Below, piece after piece: positions 37,950 to 48,523 of a stretch of 64,000 nt of DNA. Source of the stretch: Patescibacteria group bacterium (GTDB taxonomy: Bacteria; Patescibacteriota; Patescibacteriia; SG8-24; DYFX01); contig CP129476.1 of NCBI GenBank assembly GCA_030583805.1, positions 309,453 to 373,452 of the forward strand. The letters are read 5' to 3'. The position numbers and the translations under genes were made by a program. The notes beneath the pieces were generated by a model, which was not told where the DNA came from, did no database searches, and saw only the letters and a list, made by a program, of their open reading frames with translations. The first letter of the stretch is position 1; every line of letters starts with the position of its first letter.

Positions 37950-38690
37950 TTAGATCTGCGGCTTCTTCCTGATGATGTTTTCGACGGCCGCCCACTTCGA
38001 CGGCGCGTTCTTCGGCACGAGGATGACGGCTTCGTCGCCGGCTTCGGCCTTGTAATAGGTGACGGAGGCTTTGATGACTTTCCACGAGCGTCCGCCGGCC
38101 ACGACGAGGAACTGGCTCGTCTCTTGATCGAAGGCGAGCGAACCGATCAGTCGCTGGCGTTCGATGGGGCCTATCTGCTTGTAAATGAAGTTTCCGCGTC
38201 CGCCGATCGTGAGTTTCAGCATGTCGCCCTCAACGAGCTTGGACTTTGAAGCGTAATTGGGCGGCACGGCGTAGCTTTTGCCGTCGTCGCCGACCATTTC
38301 CTGGCCGTCGAAGACGCCTTCGACGACGCGATCGCCCGACGCAAACGCGTCCGCCGCGTTTTGGGACGGCGGAACGAGCGGGATAGCCGTGACGTTCCAA
38401 GTCTGAGCCTCTTGCACGAGACCGGCGGGAGCGCTTTTCGCTTCCGGCGCCGTGTCGTCAAGGAGTTTCAAAGCGTTATCAATCGAATCGCGGACGTTTT
38501 TAAGGATTGCGCGCAACGTCGCGGCCTTTGACGGCGCGACATCGGTGCGGACGACCGCTTCCACTAATGCATCAAGACGGTCCGTTTTTTCTTTCGTCGC
38601 AACGCCGTCGGCAGATACCGGGCGTCCTTCCTGATCGATCTCTTCCGTGAGCCATTCCATAGTGAACTTTTGTTTGATTCTTCCTGTCAT
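37950..38690 (-). CDS. Hypothetical protein (246 aa)
   Basis: Clean ORF upstream of dnaX. No motif I recognise. An alternative start MEWL lies at 38660. Confidence 0.5.
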   Translation of the reverse strand: MTGRIKQKFTMEWLTEEIDQEGRPVSADGVATKEKTDRLDALVEAVVRTDVAPSKAATLRAILKNVRDSIDNALKLLDDTAPEAKSAPAGLVQEAQTWNVTAIPLVPPSQNAADAFASGDRVVEGVFDGQEMVGDDGKSYAVPPNYASKSKLVEGDMLKLTIGGRGNFIYKQIGPIERQRLIGSLAFDQETSQFLVVAGGRSWKVIKASVTYYKAEAGDEAVILVPKNAPSKWAAVENIIRKKPQI

Positions 38691-38738
38691 CTATAGCATA
38701 CGGATTGCCGCCGCGCCATCTGGACATTCTGTGGATAG

Positions 38739-41192
38739 TTACAGAAGTCGCAGCCGTTCGCGGATTTCCGCCTCGACGATCTCGCGATCGCGACCGTACT
38801 TGAGACGCGAGAGCTGCTTGATAGCCGCCGTCAGCCGCGTGTCCGGTTTTCGCAGCGGGCCCATCGCCATGTTGAAGGGGCGCGAGGCGGTATTGTCGAT
38901 CAAGAGCTTCGTGTTTGCCGTATACGCTTCGACGTTTACGAGATCGAACGGCGTGAAGACGGGCGCGAATTCCTTTCCAAGGAAGTCGGCATCCTCCGGA
39001 CCGACGCGGAAAGCGACCATCGTACCGACGTTGCCGAAGACCGCGTCGCGAATCGCCGTATCCCCCTTCTGCGAGATCTGGCCGATATATTGGTGCGCGA
39101 TCGTCAGGTCGAGACCGTATTTACGCGCTTCGGAAAGGATCGTCGAAATCGAATCGGTGATGAAGTTCTGGAACTCGTCGATATAGAGGTAGAAGTCCTT
39201 TCGCTCTTCGGCCGACAGGTCGGTGCGCGAGAGCGCGGCCATCAGAATCTTACCGACCAAGACCATGCCGATGAGATACGCGTTCAAGTCGCCGAGCTTG
39301 CCCTTTGAGAGGTCGAGTAGCAGGATCTTCTGCTGATCCATCGCTTCGCGCACGTTGATCGCGCTCTTCTGCTGGCCGATGATCGGCCGGACGATGTCGT
39401 TCGTGATGAACGGCGTGAGTTTCGACGTGATGTACGGAACCATGTTGGCGAGCGAGGCTTCGCCGCCGGCTTTCGACGCTTCCTTCAGCCAGAAATCCTT
39501 CACGACCTGCGTCTTGCACTTCGAAAGCTTGTAGGCGCGGAAACGCTCGTCGGAGAGCACGCGCGGAATTTCCATGAGCGTCGAGCCCGAGGCCGGGTCG
39601 TCCATAACGAGAATCATGGCGTTCCGCATGTATTGCTCGAACATCGGGCCGCCCGTCGACTTGAGGTCGTAGAGCTTGTCGAAGATCTTGAGCATCTCGT
39701 TCACGACGAACGTCTTCTGTTCCGGATAGCGCTCGTCGTATTCAAGGAGGTTCAGCCCCATCGGGCGCTCGGAATCCGCCGGCGAGAAATAGATCACGTC
39801 GTCGGCACGCTCCTTCGGCACGAAGGCCAAGCAATCCTGCGCCAAGTCACCGTGCGGGTCGATGACGCACACGCCGCGCCCAGCCTCGATATCCTGCCGC
39901 ACCATCGACTTGATGAGCTCCGATTTACCGGAACCGGATTTACCGATGATGTACATGTGGCGGCGGCGGTCGGCCTGCTTGATACGGACGGCGTGCTCTT
40001 GGCCGCGATATTTCACAACACCGAGCAAAAGCCCTTCCTTCGGAAGATTCGACGGCGGCGGCGCTTTGCGGGCGGTCAGCCATCGGATGTTGGGCGTTTC
40101 GGTCGAGCTGAGCGGAAGATGCCAAAGGCTTGCGAGCTCGTCCGGCGTCAGCACCATGCGCCGCTTATCGTGGAAAATGCGCAAAATAAAGTCGCTCACG
40201 ATTCGGCTTTTGCCTTCGCTAATCCGCTTGAACGCATTGCCGTATTGCGGGCTCGAAAACTGATTGAAAGCACCGATCAAATTCCCAAGCACGAGCTCCG
40301 CCCGACCCGGCGTCGGCGATGAAGCGACCAGGTTCACGTTGGCGTCGAGTCCGAGCTGACCGACCTTCTCTTCGATCGATTTGACCATTTGCTCCTCGAG
40401 CGGCGACAGGCGGTAGTCCTTGGCCTTCTCGCCTGTCTTTTCCTCTTGCGACGCGCGCTTGATGACGCCCGAACCCTTGCGCGCCTGGGCGTACGAACGC
40501 CCCTGCTGCATGAGCGAGGCGATCTTCACGCCTTTTTCGCGCCAGGATTTCTTCGCGGAGCGCACCAAAATCTGGATTGCAGCGCCGTCGCCCGCCTCGA
40601 CTTTTGCCAGAGCGTTCGTGAGCGCGTTCAAAGGATCCGTCTCCAGTTTCTTGTAGGTATGGATCGGGAAAAAGTTTTCGCGTCCGAAAACGAGATGCGC
40701 GCTCGCGATCGTGCCGTTCGGCTGGAAAACGTTGTAATCGGAAACCTCCTCGATTTGCGCGAGCGGGTACTGGGCGTGCACTTGCTGCTCCATGAACTCG
40801 CGGAAGCGCTTCGGAACGGCGATGTAAAACGAAACGAGGCCGGCCGTCGCCACGATTTCAAAGGCGATGACGTCCCCGCGCCCGGCCAGCCAAGCGCGGA
40901 AGCCCCGTTCGGCCTTGAGGCCGCCGACGCTTTTGAACACGCCTTCCGCCACGGCGATCGCGGCTTGGATCTCCTGCAAAGATTTATCCCGCTGGCCCCC
41001 ATCTTTTTCTCCGGATTCCTTCGGCACCGTGACGAGCAGCACGACGTTATCGAACCCGCGCGCGACCTCCGCTCGGGCAGTCAGGATGCGGCGGATGATC
41101 CGCACGGCGGCCAAAAACGCGAAAAGCCCGAGCACGTACGGCACGGTCGACAGTGCGATCGCCAAAAAATCGGGGACCTGAAACGGATTCAT
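38739..41192 (-). CDS. VirD4/TraG/TraD-like type IV coupling-protein-family ATPase
   Basis: N-terminal TM helices. IIGKSGSGKSELIKSM (Walker A), VIDPHGDL, YIDEFQNF (Walker B-like), and the 817-aa size are consistent with T4 coupling proteins. Confidence 0.7.
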   Translation of the reverse strand: MNPFQVPDFLAIALSTVPYVLGLFAFLAAVRIIRRILTARAEVARGFDNVVLLVTVPKESGEKDGGQRDKSLQEIQAAIAVAEGVFKSVGGLKAERGFRAWLAGRGDVIAFEIVATAGLVSFYIAVPKRFREFMEQQVHAQYPLAQIEEVSDYNVFQPNGTIASAHLVFGRENFFPIHTYKKLETDPLNALTNALAKVEAGDGAAIQILVRSAKKSWREKGVKIASLMQQGRSYAQARKGSGVIKRASQEEKTGEKAKDYRLSPLEEQMVKSIEEKVGQLGLDANVNLVASSPTPGRAELVLGNLIGAFNQFSSPQYGNAFKRISEGKSRIVSDFILRIFHDKRRMVLTPDELASLWHLPLSSTETPNIRWLTARKAPPPSNLPKEGLLLGVVKYRGQEHAVRIKQADRRRHMYIIGKSGSGKSELIKSMVRQDIEAGRGVCVIDPHGDLAQDCLAFVPKERADDVIYFSPADSERPMGLNLLEYDERYPEQKTFVVNEMLKIFDKLYDLKSTGGPMFEQYMRNAMILVMDDPASGSTLMEIPRVLSDERFRAYKLSKCKTQVVKDFWLKEASKAGGEASLANMVPYITSKLTPFITNDIVRPIIGQQKSAINVREAMDQQKILLLDLSKGKLGDLNAYLIGMVLVGKILMAALSRTDLSAEERKDFYLYIDEFQNFITDSISTILSEARKYGLDLTIAHQYIGQISQKGDTAIRDAVFGNVGTMVAFRVGPEDADFLGKEFAPVFTPFDLVNVEAYTANTKLLIDNTASRPFNMAMGPLRKPDTRLTAAIKQLSRLKYGRDREIVEAEIRERLRLL

Positions 41193-41638
41193 AGCTTCAG
41201 GATCTTATCGGTTTTGATCTTCGCCTCCTGCGTCAGGAAAAACCGGTTGACGCCGGGTATCATCTTGAGCCAGCGGGCGAGCATGTTCAGCACGAGACGC
41301 GCGTTGACCTTCGCGTTCCGCACCATCTCGACAATCACCGCGGTAATACGTTCCCCCTCTTTCCGAAACTTCGCCTGCATCTCAGGTGTCATTTTCCGGA
41401 AGGCATCGCCGAGATCCTCCTCGAGAATAGCTTCGACCGCACGCACGGACGGATCCTTCGGCGCCGCAATAGGCGCCGGTGCAGGAGAAGCGACAGGCGC
41501 GGCTGGAACGGGCTCGGACGGCTGTTCAACCGCAGGCGTTGGAGACTCGAACGAAGCCCCTGTTTCAGGGACTTCGTTGCGTTGCTCCGGAATCGCCGGA
41601 ACCTCTTCAAAACCGGGCTTCGATCCTCCTGGAGGCAT
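41189..41638 (-). CDS. Hypothetical Pro/Ala-rich protein (150 aa), translationally coupled to the VirD4-like gene
   Basis: ATGA overlap with the VirD4-like start. ATG at residue 103 of the track ORF. Confidence 0.5.
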   Translation of the reverse strand: MPPGGSKPGFEEVPAIPEQRNEVPETGASFESPTPAVEQPSEPVPAAPVASPAPAPIAAPKDPSVRAVEAILEEDLGDAFRKMTPEMQAKFRKEGERITAVIVEMVRNAKVNARLVLNMLARWLKMIPGVNRFFLTQEAKIKTDKILKL

Positions 41639-41711
41639 AGGCGTTGACGTCTTCAGTATACCATACCTATACTGGCTCTGGTGCGTCACAAACCCCAAAG
41701 GGACGGAGCGC

Positions 41712-42347
41712 ATGCCAGTGCCAAAAAAGGATCGAAACGGTTTCTCGCTTCTTGACCGCGGACAGCGGCGGAAGCAGCGGATTCCGCAAGGGCTCGAAGA
41801 TCCGAAACCGCAGCCGCAACCAACGGAGGTGCCCGCCGTCACGGTTCGCAGAAAGCTCACCGCGCGCGAAATGGCCGCAAGAAGCCTTCCGCTCGACGGT
41901 ACTTCCCTCAGCGAACCTGTCGCGCTGCTCAACATTCCCCGCACGGAACTTGGCGCCGATCTCGTTCTCTACCTGATCGCCGCGTATCCCGATACGAGCC
42001 TGCTCACGAGCCAATTGGAGTATGTTCGTCTCGGCGACATCGCGCTGATCGAAAAACCCGAGACCATCGCGATCCCAGCCCAGCTTCCGCCCCTCGCGGA
42101 AGCGCCGCCGATCGCCTGGATCCCGGTCCGCCACGCCTCTCGGATGGAGAAGCGGGACAACGGCGTGCTCGCTGACACTCCGATCCGGATTCCGAACATT
42201 CCGGACTCGGAAGGCGGCCGCGCAGTGTTGGACCAGATCTTCAACGACTACGCCTCCCGCGAGGCGTACGAGTACCTTCTCTACACGTCCGAGAATGGTT
42301 TTTCCCCGGTCTACGTGCTGGCTGCCGCCAACCGGCCGCCGCGCTAA
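41712..42347 (+). CDS. Hypothetical protein (211 aa)
   Basis: ATG (MPVPKKDRNG...) within a long shadow ORF. Divergent from the gene at 41638. Confidence 0.45.
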   Translation: MPVPKKDRNGFSLLDRGQRRKQRIPQGLEDPKPQPQPTEVPAVTVRRKLTAREMAARSLPLDGTSLSEPVALLNIPRTELGADLVLYLIAAYPDTSLLTSQLEYVRLGDIALIEKPETIAIPAQLPPLAEAPPIAWIPVRHASRMEKRDNGVLADTPIRIPNIPDSEGGRAVLDQIFNDYASREAYEYLLYTSENGFSPVYVLAAANRPPR

Positions 42348-42384
42348 AACCGCAACTCCGCGATCGCCCGCGGAGTTTTCATTT

Positions 42385-43758
42385 CTAGGCTTTCTTCAAT
42401 TTTTGACCTTGCGGCGTATCTTCCGCGACCCAGCCCTTGGCCGCAATCTCGTCACGCAAACGATCGGAGGCCGCCCAGTCCTTATTGGCACGGGCTTCAG
42501 CTCGCATCTGTGCGAGCGCCTGCACCTCATCCGGGATCTGCTGCGATTTTGTCTCAAAGAGTCTCAGGCCGAAAATGCCGTCGAAAGCGCGCATAAACGA
42601 AGCGCCTTCATTTTTATCGATATTCCCCTTGTTCGCTTCGGTCATGAAGCCGTGCACGATCGCCAGGACGGCGGACACGTTCATATCGTCGTCCATTGCC
42701 TCCACGAGACGCGTTTCATAGGCGCCTTTCACCGGATCCGCGCCGGCAAACTGCTCCGTCACTGAGCGCATCTGCGCCAACGTGCGTTCCGCCGCTTTCA
42801 AGCCTTCGAACGTGAAATTAAACTGCGTGCGGTACTGCGAAGACAGCAACAGGAAACGCACGGCCTCGGGCGAATACCCTTTTGCGACGAGATCAGGCAG
42901 CGTGTACGTATTCCCCTTTGATTTAGACATTTTTTCGCCCTCGACCAAGAGGAACGAAACGTGCAGCCAATGCTTGGAGAACGGCGCATGATTGGCGCTT
43001 TCGGACTGGGCGATTTCGCATTCGTGGTGCGGGAACTTCAAGTCTTCGCCGCCGATATGGAGGCTCAGCGTGTCGCCGAGGTACTCCTTGGCCATCGCCG
43101 AGCATTCCAAATGCCAGCCGGGGTAGCCCTGGATGCCGCGCGGCCCCTTCCATTGCATGACATGGTTCGGATTGTGGATCCAAAGCGCGAAGTCGGCCGG
43201 ATGTTTTTTGTCGTCCTTTACCTCGACGCGCGCGCCGGCGACAAGATCATCGACGGAGTTGCCGGAGAGCTTGCCGTAGTCCTTGAAAGAAGCGACGTCG
43301 AAATAGACGTCGTTTTTCTCCGTGACGTAGGCGTGCCCCTCTTCCAAAAGCTTTTCGACGAGCGCGACCATCTGCGGGATGTGCTCGGTGGCGCGCGGAT
43401 GCTTCCAGGCACGTTTGAAATTCACGGCATCGAGATCGCGAAAGAACGCTTCTTCGTAGAAGCGAGCGATTTCTTCCGGCGTTTTACCCTCCTTCGCGGC
43501 TGAGGCCGTCATTTTATCCTCGCCCGTGTCGGCATCGTTCAGCATATGCCCGACGTCGGTGATGTTCATGACGAGTTTCACTTCCAAACCGCGGTACTCC
43601 AAATACCGGCGCAAGAGATCGGTCGTTAAAAACGTCCTCAGGTTTCCGATCGAAGCGTATTGATACACCGTGGGCCCGCAGGCGTATATCGTGACGGGCG
43701 CGGAACCCCCCTCCGGGAATTCCTTCAATTTCCCACGCAAAGAATCGTACAACAGCAT
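42385..43758 (-). CDS. cysS: Cysteine--tRNA ligase
   Basis: [17 protein letters not shown] (HIGH region), the Zn-binding Cys residues, and KMSKSKGN. Confidence 0.95.
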   Translation of the reverse strand: MLLYDSLRGKLKEFPEGGSAPVTIYACGPTVYQYASIGNLRTFLTTDLLRRYLEYRGLEVKLVMNITDVGHMLNDADTGEDKMTASAAKEGKTPEEIARFYEEAFFRDLDAVNFKRAWKHPRATEHIPQMVALVEKLLEEGHAYVTEKNDVYFDVASFKDYGKLSGNSVDDLVAGARVEVKDDKKHPADFALWIHNPNHVMQWKGPRGIQGYPGWHLECSAMAKEYLGDTLSLHIGGEDLKFPHHECEIAQSESANHAPFSKHWLHVSFLLVEGEKMSKSKGNTYTLPDLVAKGYSPEAVRFLLLSSQYRTQFNFTFEGLKAAERTLAQMRSVTEQFAGADPVKGAYETRLVEAMDDDMNVSAVLAIVHGFMTEANKGNIDKNEGASFMRAFDGIFGLRLFETKSQQIPDEVQALAQMRAEARANKDWAASDRLRDEIAAKGWVAEDTPQGQKLKKA

Positions 43759-43802
43759 AGTTGTGCTATACTATCATCAACTTAGTCCTATCACAATTCC
43801 GT

Positions 43803-44363
43803 ATGGACATGAAGAAAGCGGCCCTTGCCGCCCTTGGCTTGGCCGTTGGTTTCGTGGCCGGGTACGGGACGGGTCGCGTCTCGACCGGCACGCCGATCAA
43901 TCCCCTTTCCGGAGGGAAGGGCGGCTACGAAGAGGGATATGCAGCGGCGGCAAAACTCATTGCCGACTCTGGAGTGTTTCCGCCAGCACCGACAGAACTT
44001 TCCTCTTTAAGCGGCGTGGTCGTTGCTGTTGAGGGGCCATCCGTCGCTTTTGACGCCAACCTAACCACACTGAACCCGCTCGTGCAGCTTGAAGGCCCGA
44101 AACGCCGTGTTGTACTCCTCACCGCTGATACGAAGATCGTTCGTATGGAGGAACAGAGCCCGGAGGATTTTGCCCTGTCTCTTGAGAACTTCAACGCAAC
44201 TGTCGCTGCTGGGGAGCCCAGCCCTCCGCCGCAGCTTGCGAAAGAGGTTCCGTACACCTCGCCGCTCAAGGCGGGAGACATGATCACCGTTGCGGCTGCT
44301 ACGAACATCTTGTCATCCGAAATGTTCGAAGCAACCACAATCATCGTCTCCCCCGCTCCGTAA
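43803..44363 (+). CDS. Hypothetical membrane-anchored/secreted protein
   Basis: MDMKKAALAALGLAVGFVAGYG is a signal anchor. No motif I recognise. Confidence 0.5.
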   Translation: MDMKKAALAALGLAVGFVAGYGTGRVSTGTPINPLSGGKGGYEEGYAAAAKLIADSGVFPPAPTELSSLSGVVVAVEGPSVAFDANLTTLNPLVQLEGPKRRVVLLTADTKIVRMEEQSPEDFALSLENFNATVAAGEPSPPPQLAKEVPYTSPLKAGDMITVAAATNILSSEMFEATTIIVSPAP

Positions 44364-44450
44364 CGCACAAAGCCCCGGAACGCTTCCGGGGTTTTTGTTG
44401 TATGTAAAAAGCAAGGCAATGAGCCTTGCGATGCCTGTCGATGCAGCCGA

Positions 44451-44969
44451 TTACGGCTGGCCGAATTCGCGAACGTCGGAACAGATGTGCCCGGCTACCG
44501 GGTACTCGAGCGCATTCTTCACCAAGCGGCCGGTGAGGCGCGTCGCGCCGTCGTCGCTGATCTCGAATCGGCCGATCATTTCCACGTAGAGACGGCCGTG
44601 ATCGCCGGGAACGTCCTTCCAGACGTGGAAGTGACCGTCCGAGCGGACGCCCGACTTCTCGAACACGTAGGAACGGGATCCGTCCGTGTTCACGAAGGTC
44701 ACCGTGAAGGTGTACAGGCGCAGCGGCGCAGCGTTCTCACGAACCACGTCGACGTGAACCTCCGAACCGCCGACCGTCACGATCTGCTCGGAGCCGTCCT
44801 GGCAAACCTGGGTGAAACGTTCGATCTCGGCAGCATAGCTGCCTTCCGGGTAGGCGTCGCCCGACCAGGTCGCAGGCTCCGGCGACGCTTCGTCGACGGG
44901 TTCCTGGTTGGAGCCGAAGCACGCCGAAACGATCATGCAGAACGAAAGACAAAGAACGGACTTGAACAT
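44451..44969 (-). CDS. Hypothetical lipoprotein
   Basis: MFKSVLCLSFCMIVSACFGSN contains a lipobox. Start at residue 19 of the track ORF. Confidence 0.55.
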   Translation of the reverse strand: MFKSVLCLSFCMIVSACFGSNQEPVDEASPEPATWSGDAYPEGSYAAEIERFTQVCQDGSEQIVTVGGSEVHVDVVRENAAPLRLYTFTVTFVNTDGSRSYVFEKSGVRSDGHFHVWKDVPGDHGRLYVEMIGRFEISDDGATRLTGRLVKNALEYPVAGHICSDVREFGQP

Positions 44970-45068
44970 GGCATCCTCCTCTTGTGGTACGCGGAATCTA
45001 TCATGGAAACGCCCACTTGTCAAGACGCTCCAAATGCCAAAAACCCCGGTTACCCGGGGCTTTCTTGC

Positions 45069-48000
45069 TCAGTTTTTGATCAAGGCCTTCAGCTCATTAA
45101 GCTCCGCGCGAAGCGCATCGATCTCTTTCGCCTGCGCCTGCACTTCCTGATCCAGCTCCTTGATGGCGTTGATACTGATGTAGGTGAAGTCGCTTGGATC
45201 GACCATGTAAACCTCGGTCCTGGTCGTGTCCTCTGGTTTCAACTTTCGATAATCGGTTCGGACCATGGACGGAGCGACTTTTTGAAGTTCCTGCGCGATC
45301 ACGCCGACGCTCTTATACCCCTCTGGCATTCCGCCCAAACCGTTGTACGTGTAGTTGACCGGATTGATCTCACGAATCACCGAGAGGCCATTTGTATAAG
45401 GGGTCACGTCTTTCTTCAACCGCTCGTCGGACGTCGCCGACCAGCTTCCGCCACCTGGCTTCGCCGCGCCGCCGGAGGCCACATAAATTCCCCAGGCCGT
45501 GGCACCGCTGGCTGAAGCGTGGATCGCCGTGTTCTGCGTGGAGCTATTGGCAGCCGTGAAGACTCCCGCATAGTTGATTCCGGATCCCACCGCGGTCGCC
45601 ACTGAATAAACACCATATCCACCCGAGGTCGTCGCTACAGCATGAAGGCCACGAGAAGAACCGCTGGCATACACGCCAGTGGAACCGGATGTCGCATAGA
45701 GTCCGTAGATGCTTCCTGTCGTTTGAATACCCCAACCACCGACTGCTGCCGCGCCATTCACACCGAGAGTATCCGTAATCCTTACGCGACCCTGCGCATA
45801 AAGCGCTGTGTCGTAGGATTGGAATGCCTGAGCATACAAGGCTGTTCCGCCCGACTGCGATGAGCCGAAGTAACCGCCGTAAGACGTTCCCGCACCGTTC
45901 ACACCTATCGATCCGCCGGCACCATACAGCGCCGTGCCTCCGGCCTGCACCACGGCACTGACGCCGCCGACCGTACCGCGAACGGAGAGCGCCGTGTCAA
46001 ACGATGAGAAACCAACGCCCGTGTTGCTAATACCGATGTAATTGTTGATCTGGCGTCCACGTGCGGCGACCGTATCGAGCGTATCCTCTTCCGCGCCGCA
46101 GTTGTTCCAAGTTCCACCTTCGTAGCAGCGAAGCTTGTTGTTGATGGAGTTGTAATACAGCATGCCGTTCACGCCGGCCGGGTTCACGCCCATGCTGCCG
46201 AGCACGAGCTCGCCGCCGATCGTCGTGCGATCCGTCGTCGCATTGCCGAGCGTCGCGTTATCCGCAACCCAGAATGTGCCGTTCACCGTCAGCGTGGAGC
46301 CGGGACCAGCCAAACCGATACCGACGCGGTTGTTGGCGGCATCGATGTAGAGCGTGTTCGAATCGATGTTGAGGCTGTTCGGAATAGCAACGCTTGATCC
46401 TGTAATCGTCAGGGTGTCGAGCGCCGCGTTACCAATCGTCGTATTGCCGTTGACCGCGAAGTTTTGCGCCGCCGTGACCGTTGCGCCATCGTCCGTCAAC
46501 GTCGAGTTGCCAAGCGTCGTGGCAGCCGTGAATTTCGGAATCGTGTTGACCGAACCGCTTCCCGCCATACCGCCATCACGGCAGTCTTGCCATGCGCCGT
46601 TTTCAAAGCAGCGAAATTTGTTCGTCGTGGTGTTGTAGTACATGCGGCCGTTCGTACCGCCGATATCGTTCGCTGATAGACCGAGAATCAGCGATGCGCC
46701 GTTGCCAATCTGAGCTCCGCTCGAGAAAAGGGCGAGGCCGGAAGAAACGCGAAGTGATGTGAAATCGCCACCCCAGCCGGAACTAGAGCCGCCGTACACG
46801 CCCGCGCCAGATGTCGTCGAATAACCGTAGACACCATAGACGGGCGAGATGCCGTACACGCCGGTGGACTGACCGCTACCCATAATACCGGTGGAGGCGG
46901 CTCCTGAAGCCACGACCTGAACCGGTGTCGCCCCCGCACCCGCATTGTTGACGCTGATAACAGGCACGGAGATCGAGTTCGCATTAAAGACTCCGTAGAC
47001 GCGCATCGCGTACGAGGCATCCGGGGCACCGCCGACGCCAATCGTGGCGCCGTTGTCCCAGATATTCGAGTTGCCCACGACACTTCCGTTTACCGTGAAC
47101 TTCGCGAGACGGTATTGTTCGCCCGTACCTTCGATGCCCGCCTGGCAGTTCACGCCGTTCGCGAGACAAACCGCTTGGCCTCCAGAGTAGATCGTGCCGG
47201 CCGCGCTCACGTTGCCGTCGACATCGACGCTGAAGCGGTCCGTGTTCTCGGCTTGAAGAAGCATGATATAACCACCCGCAAACTGATCGACGTTTCCGTA
47301 AATCAAGTTTTCACCAGGGTTCAGCAACCGCACGTCCGGGCCGCCGAACATCACCATGCCCTCGATATCAACCGTACCGTTTTCGTTCAAAGACATGACC
47401 TGCGAGTTGTCTCCGGCCAGCCAGTAATAGGCGTTCGAGGAGTCGTTATCGGCGTCGATGCGGTAATACATCGAGCCGTCAGCGTACTGATTGAAGGCGT
47501 TTTCACCGGTGCCGTACACTTCAATGCCGCCGACCTGGTTCGTGATCGACATGACCGTACCTCCGGAAACGTTGTTAAACGTCGTGTTCGTGTTGAACGT
47601 CTTCGCGCCGGTAAACGTTTGCGTGTTGTTCAACAAGGCAACGTTGGAGGAAAGACGAGCATCATTCAACGTGCCGGACGTAATGTTGTTGGCATTGATG
47701 TTCGTGATACCGCTACCATCGCCGCCAAGCGCGGCATCAAGGCCGCCTTGCACATGAAGCCTGCCGGGTACGACAACGCTGTTGGTCGAGGAGTACGTCA
47801 TTGAACGCACTCCGTTCGTCACGACCGTCATCGTATCGGCTGACGGGTGATAGATACCGGTGTTCGAATCGCCAGCAAACGTGTAACCAGGCGCGCCTAC
47901 CGAACCGACCGGCACGTACAACGCGCCCGTCGTCACGGCTACGCCGCCGTTGTTCACCGTAAGCCGTTGTACGCCGCCCGTCGTAACGCTGACGTTGTCA

Positions 48001-48461
48001 GTGCTCGCCCAATAAAGGCCCGTGTTCGGGTCACCGCTGAATGTGTATGCGGGGAGACTGACGGAACCTGTTGAAGCGGTGATGGGGCCGGACGTCGTCA
48101 CTGCGCCGTCGATACCCACGCGGAAGCGATCGGCAGCACCTACTTGAAGAAGCATCAAACTGCCAGCCGTAGAAGTACCGCTGACATTTCCGTAGTAAAG
48201 ATTTTGTCCCGAAGCGTTCAAAACGGGGGTGCTAGCGCCGGCCTGGAACGTTGCGCCGAGCTTGCCGTCGCCTGTGACGTTAATGCTCGCATTCTGTGCC
48301 GCGCTCGTAATCGGAATATTTTGAATGACGGCCGGGCTGCAGTTCGGAGGCGTGCAGGTAGGCGCGGCAAATTGCGCGTGTACGCCTCGTGCGCCAAAAA
48401 CCAATGCGATCAAAGCGACGAGCGAAACGAAAATCTTGCGGCCGGTCGTATCGATGCGCAT
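45069..48461 (-). CDS. Large secreted Gly/Thr/Ser-rich fibre-like protein with C-terminal intramolecular-chaperone (Peptidase S74 / tail-fibre chaperone) domain
   Basis: Signal peptide MRIDTTGRKIFVSLVALIALVFGARGVHA. Long degenerate G/T/S/A-rich repeats. C-terminal SDERLKKDV...VNYTY...coiled-coil resembles the endosialidase/tail-fibre auto-chaperone domain. Confidence 0.65.
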   Translation of the reverse strand: MRIDTTGRKIFVSLVALIALVFGARGVHAQFAAPTCTPPNCSPAVIQNIPITSAAQNASINVTGDGKLGATFQAGASTPVLNASGQNLYYGNVSGTSTAGSLMLLQVGAADRFRVGIDGAVTTSGPITASTGSVSLPAYTFSGDPNTGLYWASTDNVSVTTGGVQRLTVNNGGVAVTTGALYVPVGSVGAPGYTFAGDSNTGIYHPSADTMTVVTNGVRSMTYSSTNSVVVPGRLHVQGGLDAALGGDGSGITNINANNITSGTLNDARLSSNVALLNNTQTFTGAKTFNTNTTFNNVSGGTVMSITNQVGGIEVYGTGENAFNQYADGSMYYRIDADNDSSNAYYWLAGDNSQVMSLNENGTVDIEGMVMFGGPDVRLLNPGENLIYGNVDQFAGGYIMLLQAENTDRFSVDVDGNVSAAGTIYSGGQAVCLANGVNCQAGIEGTGEQYRLAKFTVNGSVVGNSNIWDNGATIGVGGAPDASYAMRVYGVFNANSISVPVISVNNAGAGATPVQVVASGAASTGIMGSGQSTGVYGISPVYGVYGYSTTSGAGVYGGSSSGWGGDFTSLRVSSGLALFSSGAQIGNGASLILGLSANDIGGTNGRMYYNTTTNKFRCFENGAWQDCRDGGMAGSGSVNTIPKFTAATTLGNSTLTDDGATVTAAQNFAVNGNTTIGNAALDTLTITGSSVAIPNSLNIDSNTLYIDAANNRVGIGLAGPGSTLTVNGTFWVADNATLGNATTDRTTIGGELVLGSMGVNPAGVNGMLYYNSINNKLRCYEGGTWNNCGAEEDTLDTVAARGRQINNYIGISNTGVGFSSFDTALSVRGTVGGVSAVVQAGGTALYGAGGSIGVNGAGTSYGGYFGSSQSGGTALYAQAFQSYDTALYAQGRVRITDTLGVNGAAAVGGWGIQTTGSIYGLYATSGSTGVYASGSSRGLHAVATTSGGYGVYSVATAVGSGINYAGVFTAANSSTQNTAIHASASGATAWGIYVASGGAAKPGGGSWSATSDERLKKDVTPYTNGLSVIREINPVNYTYNGLGGMPEGYKSVGVIAQELQKVAPSMVRTDYRKLKPEDTTRTEVYMVDPSDFTYISINAIKELDQEVQAQAKEIDALRAELNELKALIKN

Positions 48462-48523
48462 AAGGCGTAATGGTTGATGTGCCCAGTATACCTTATTTCG
48501 CTTAGATCCGACCTTGGGGATAA

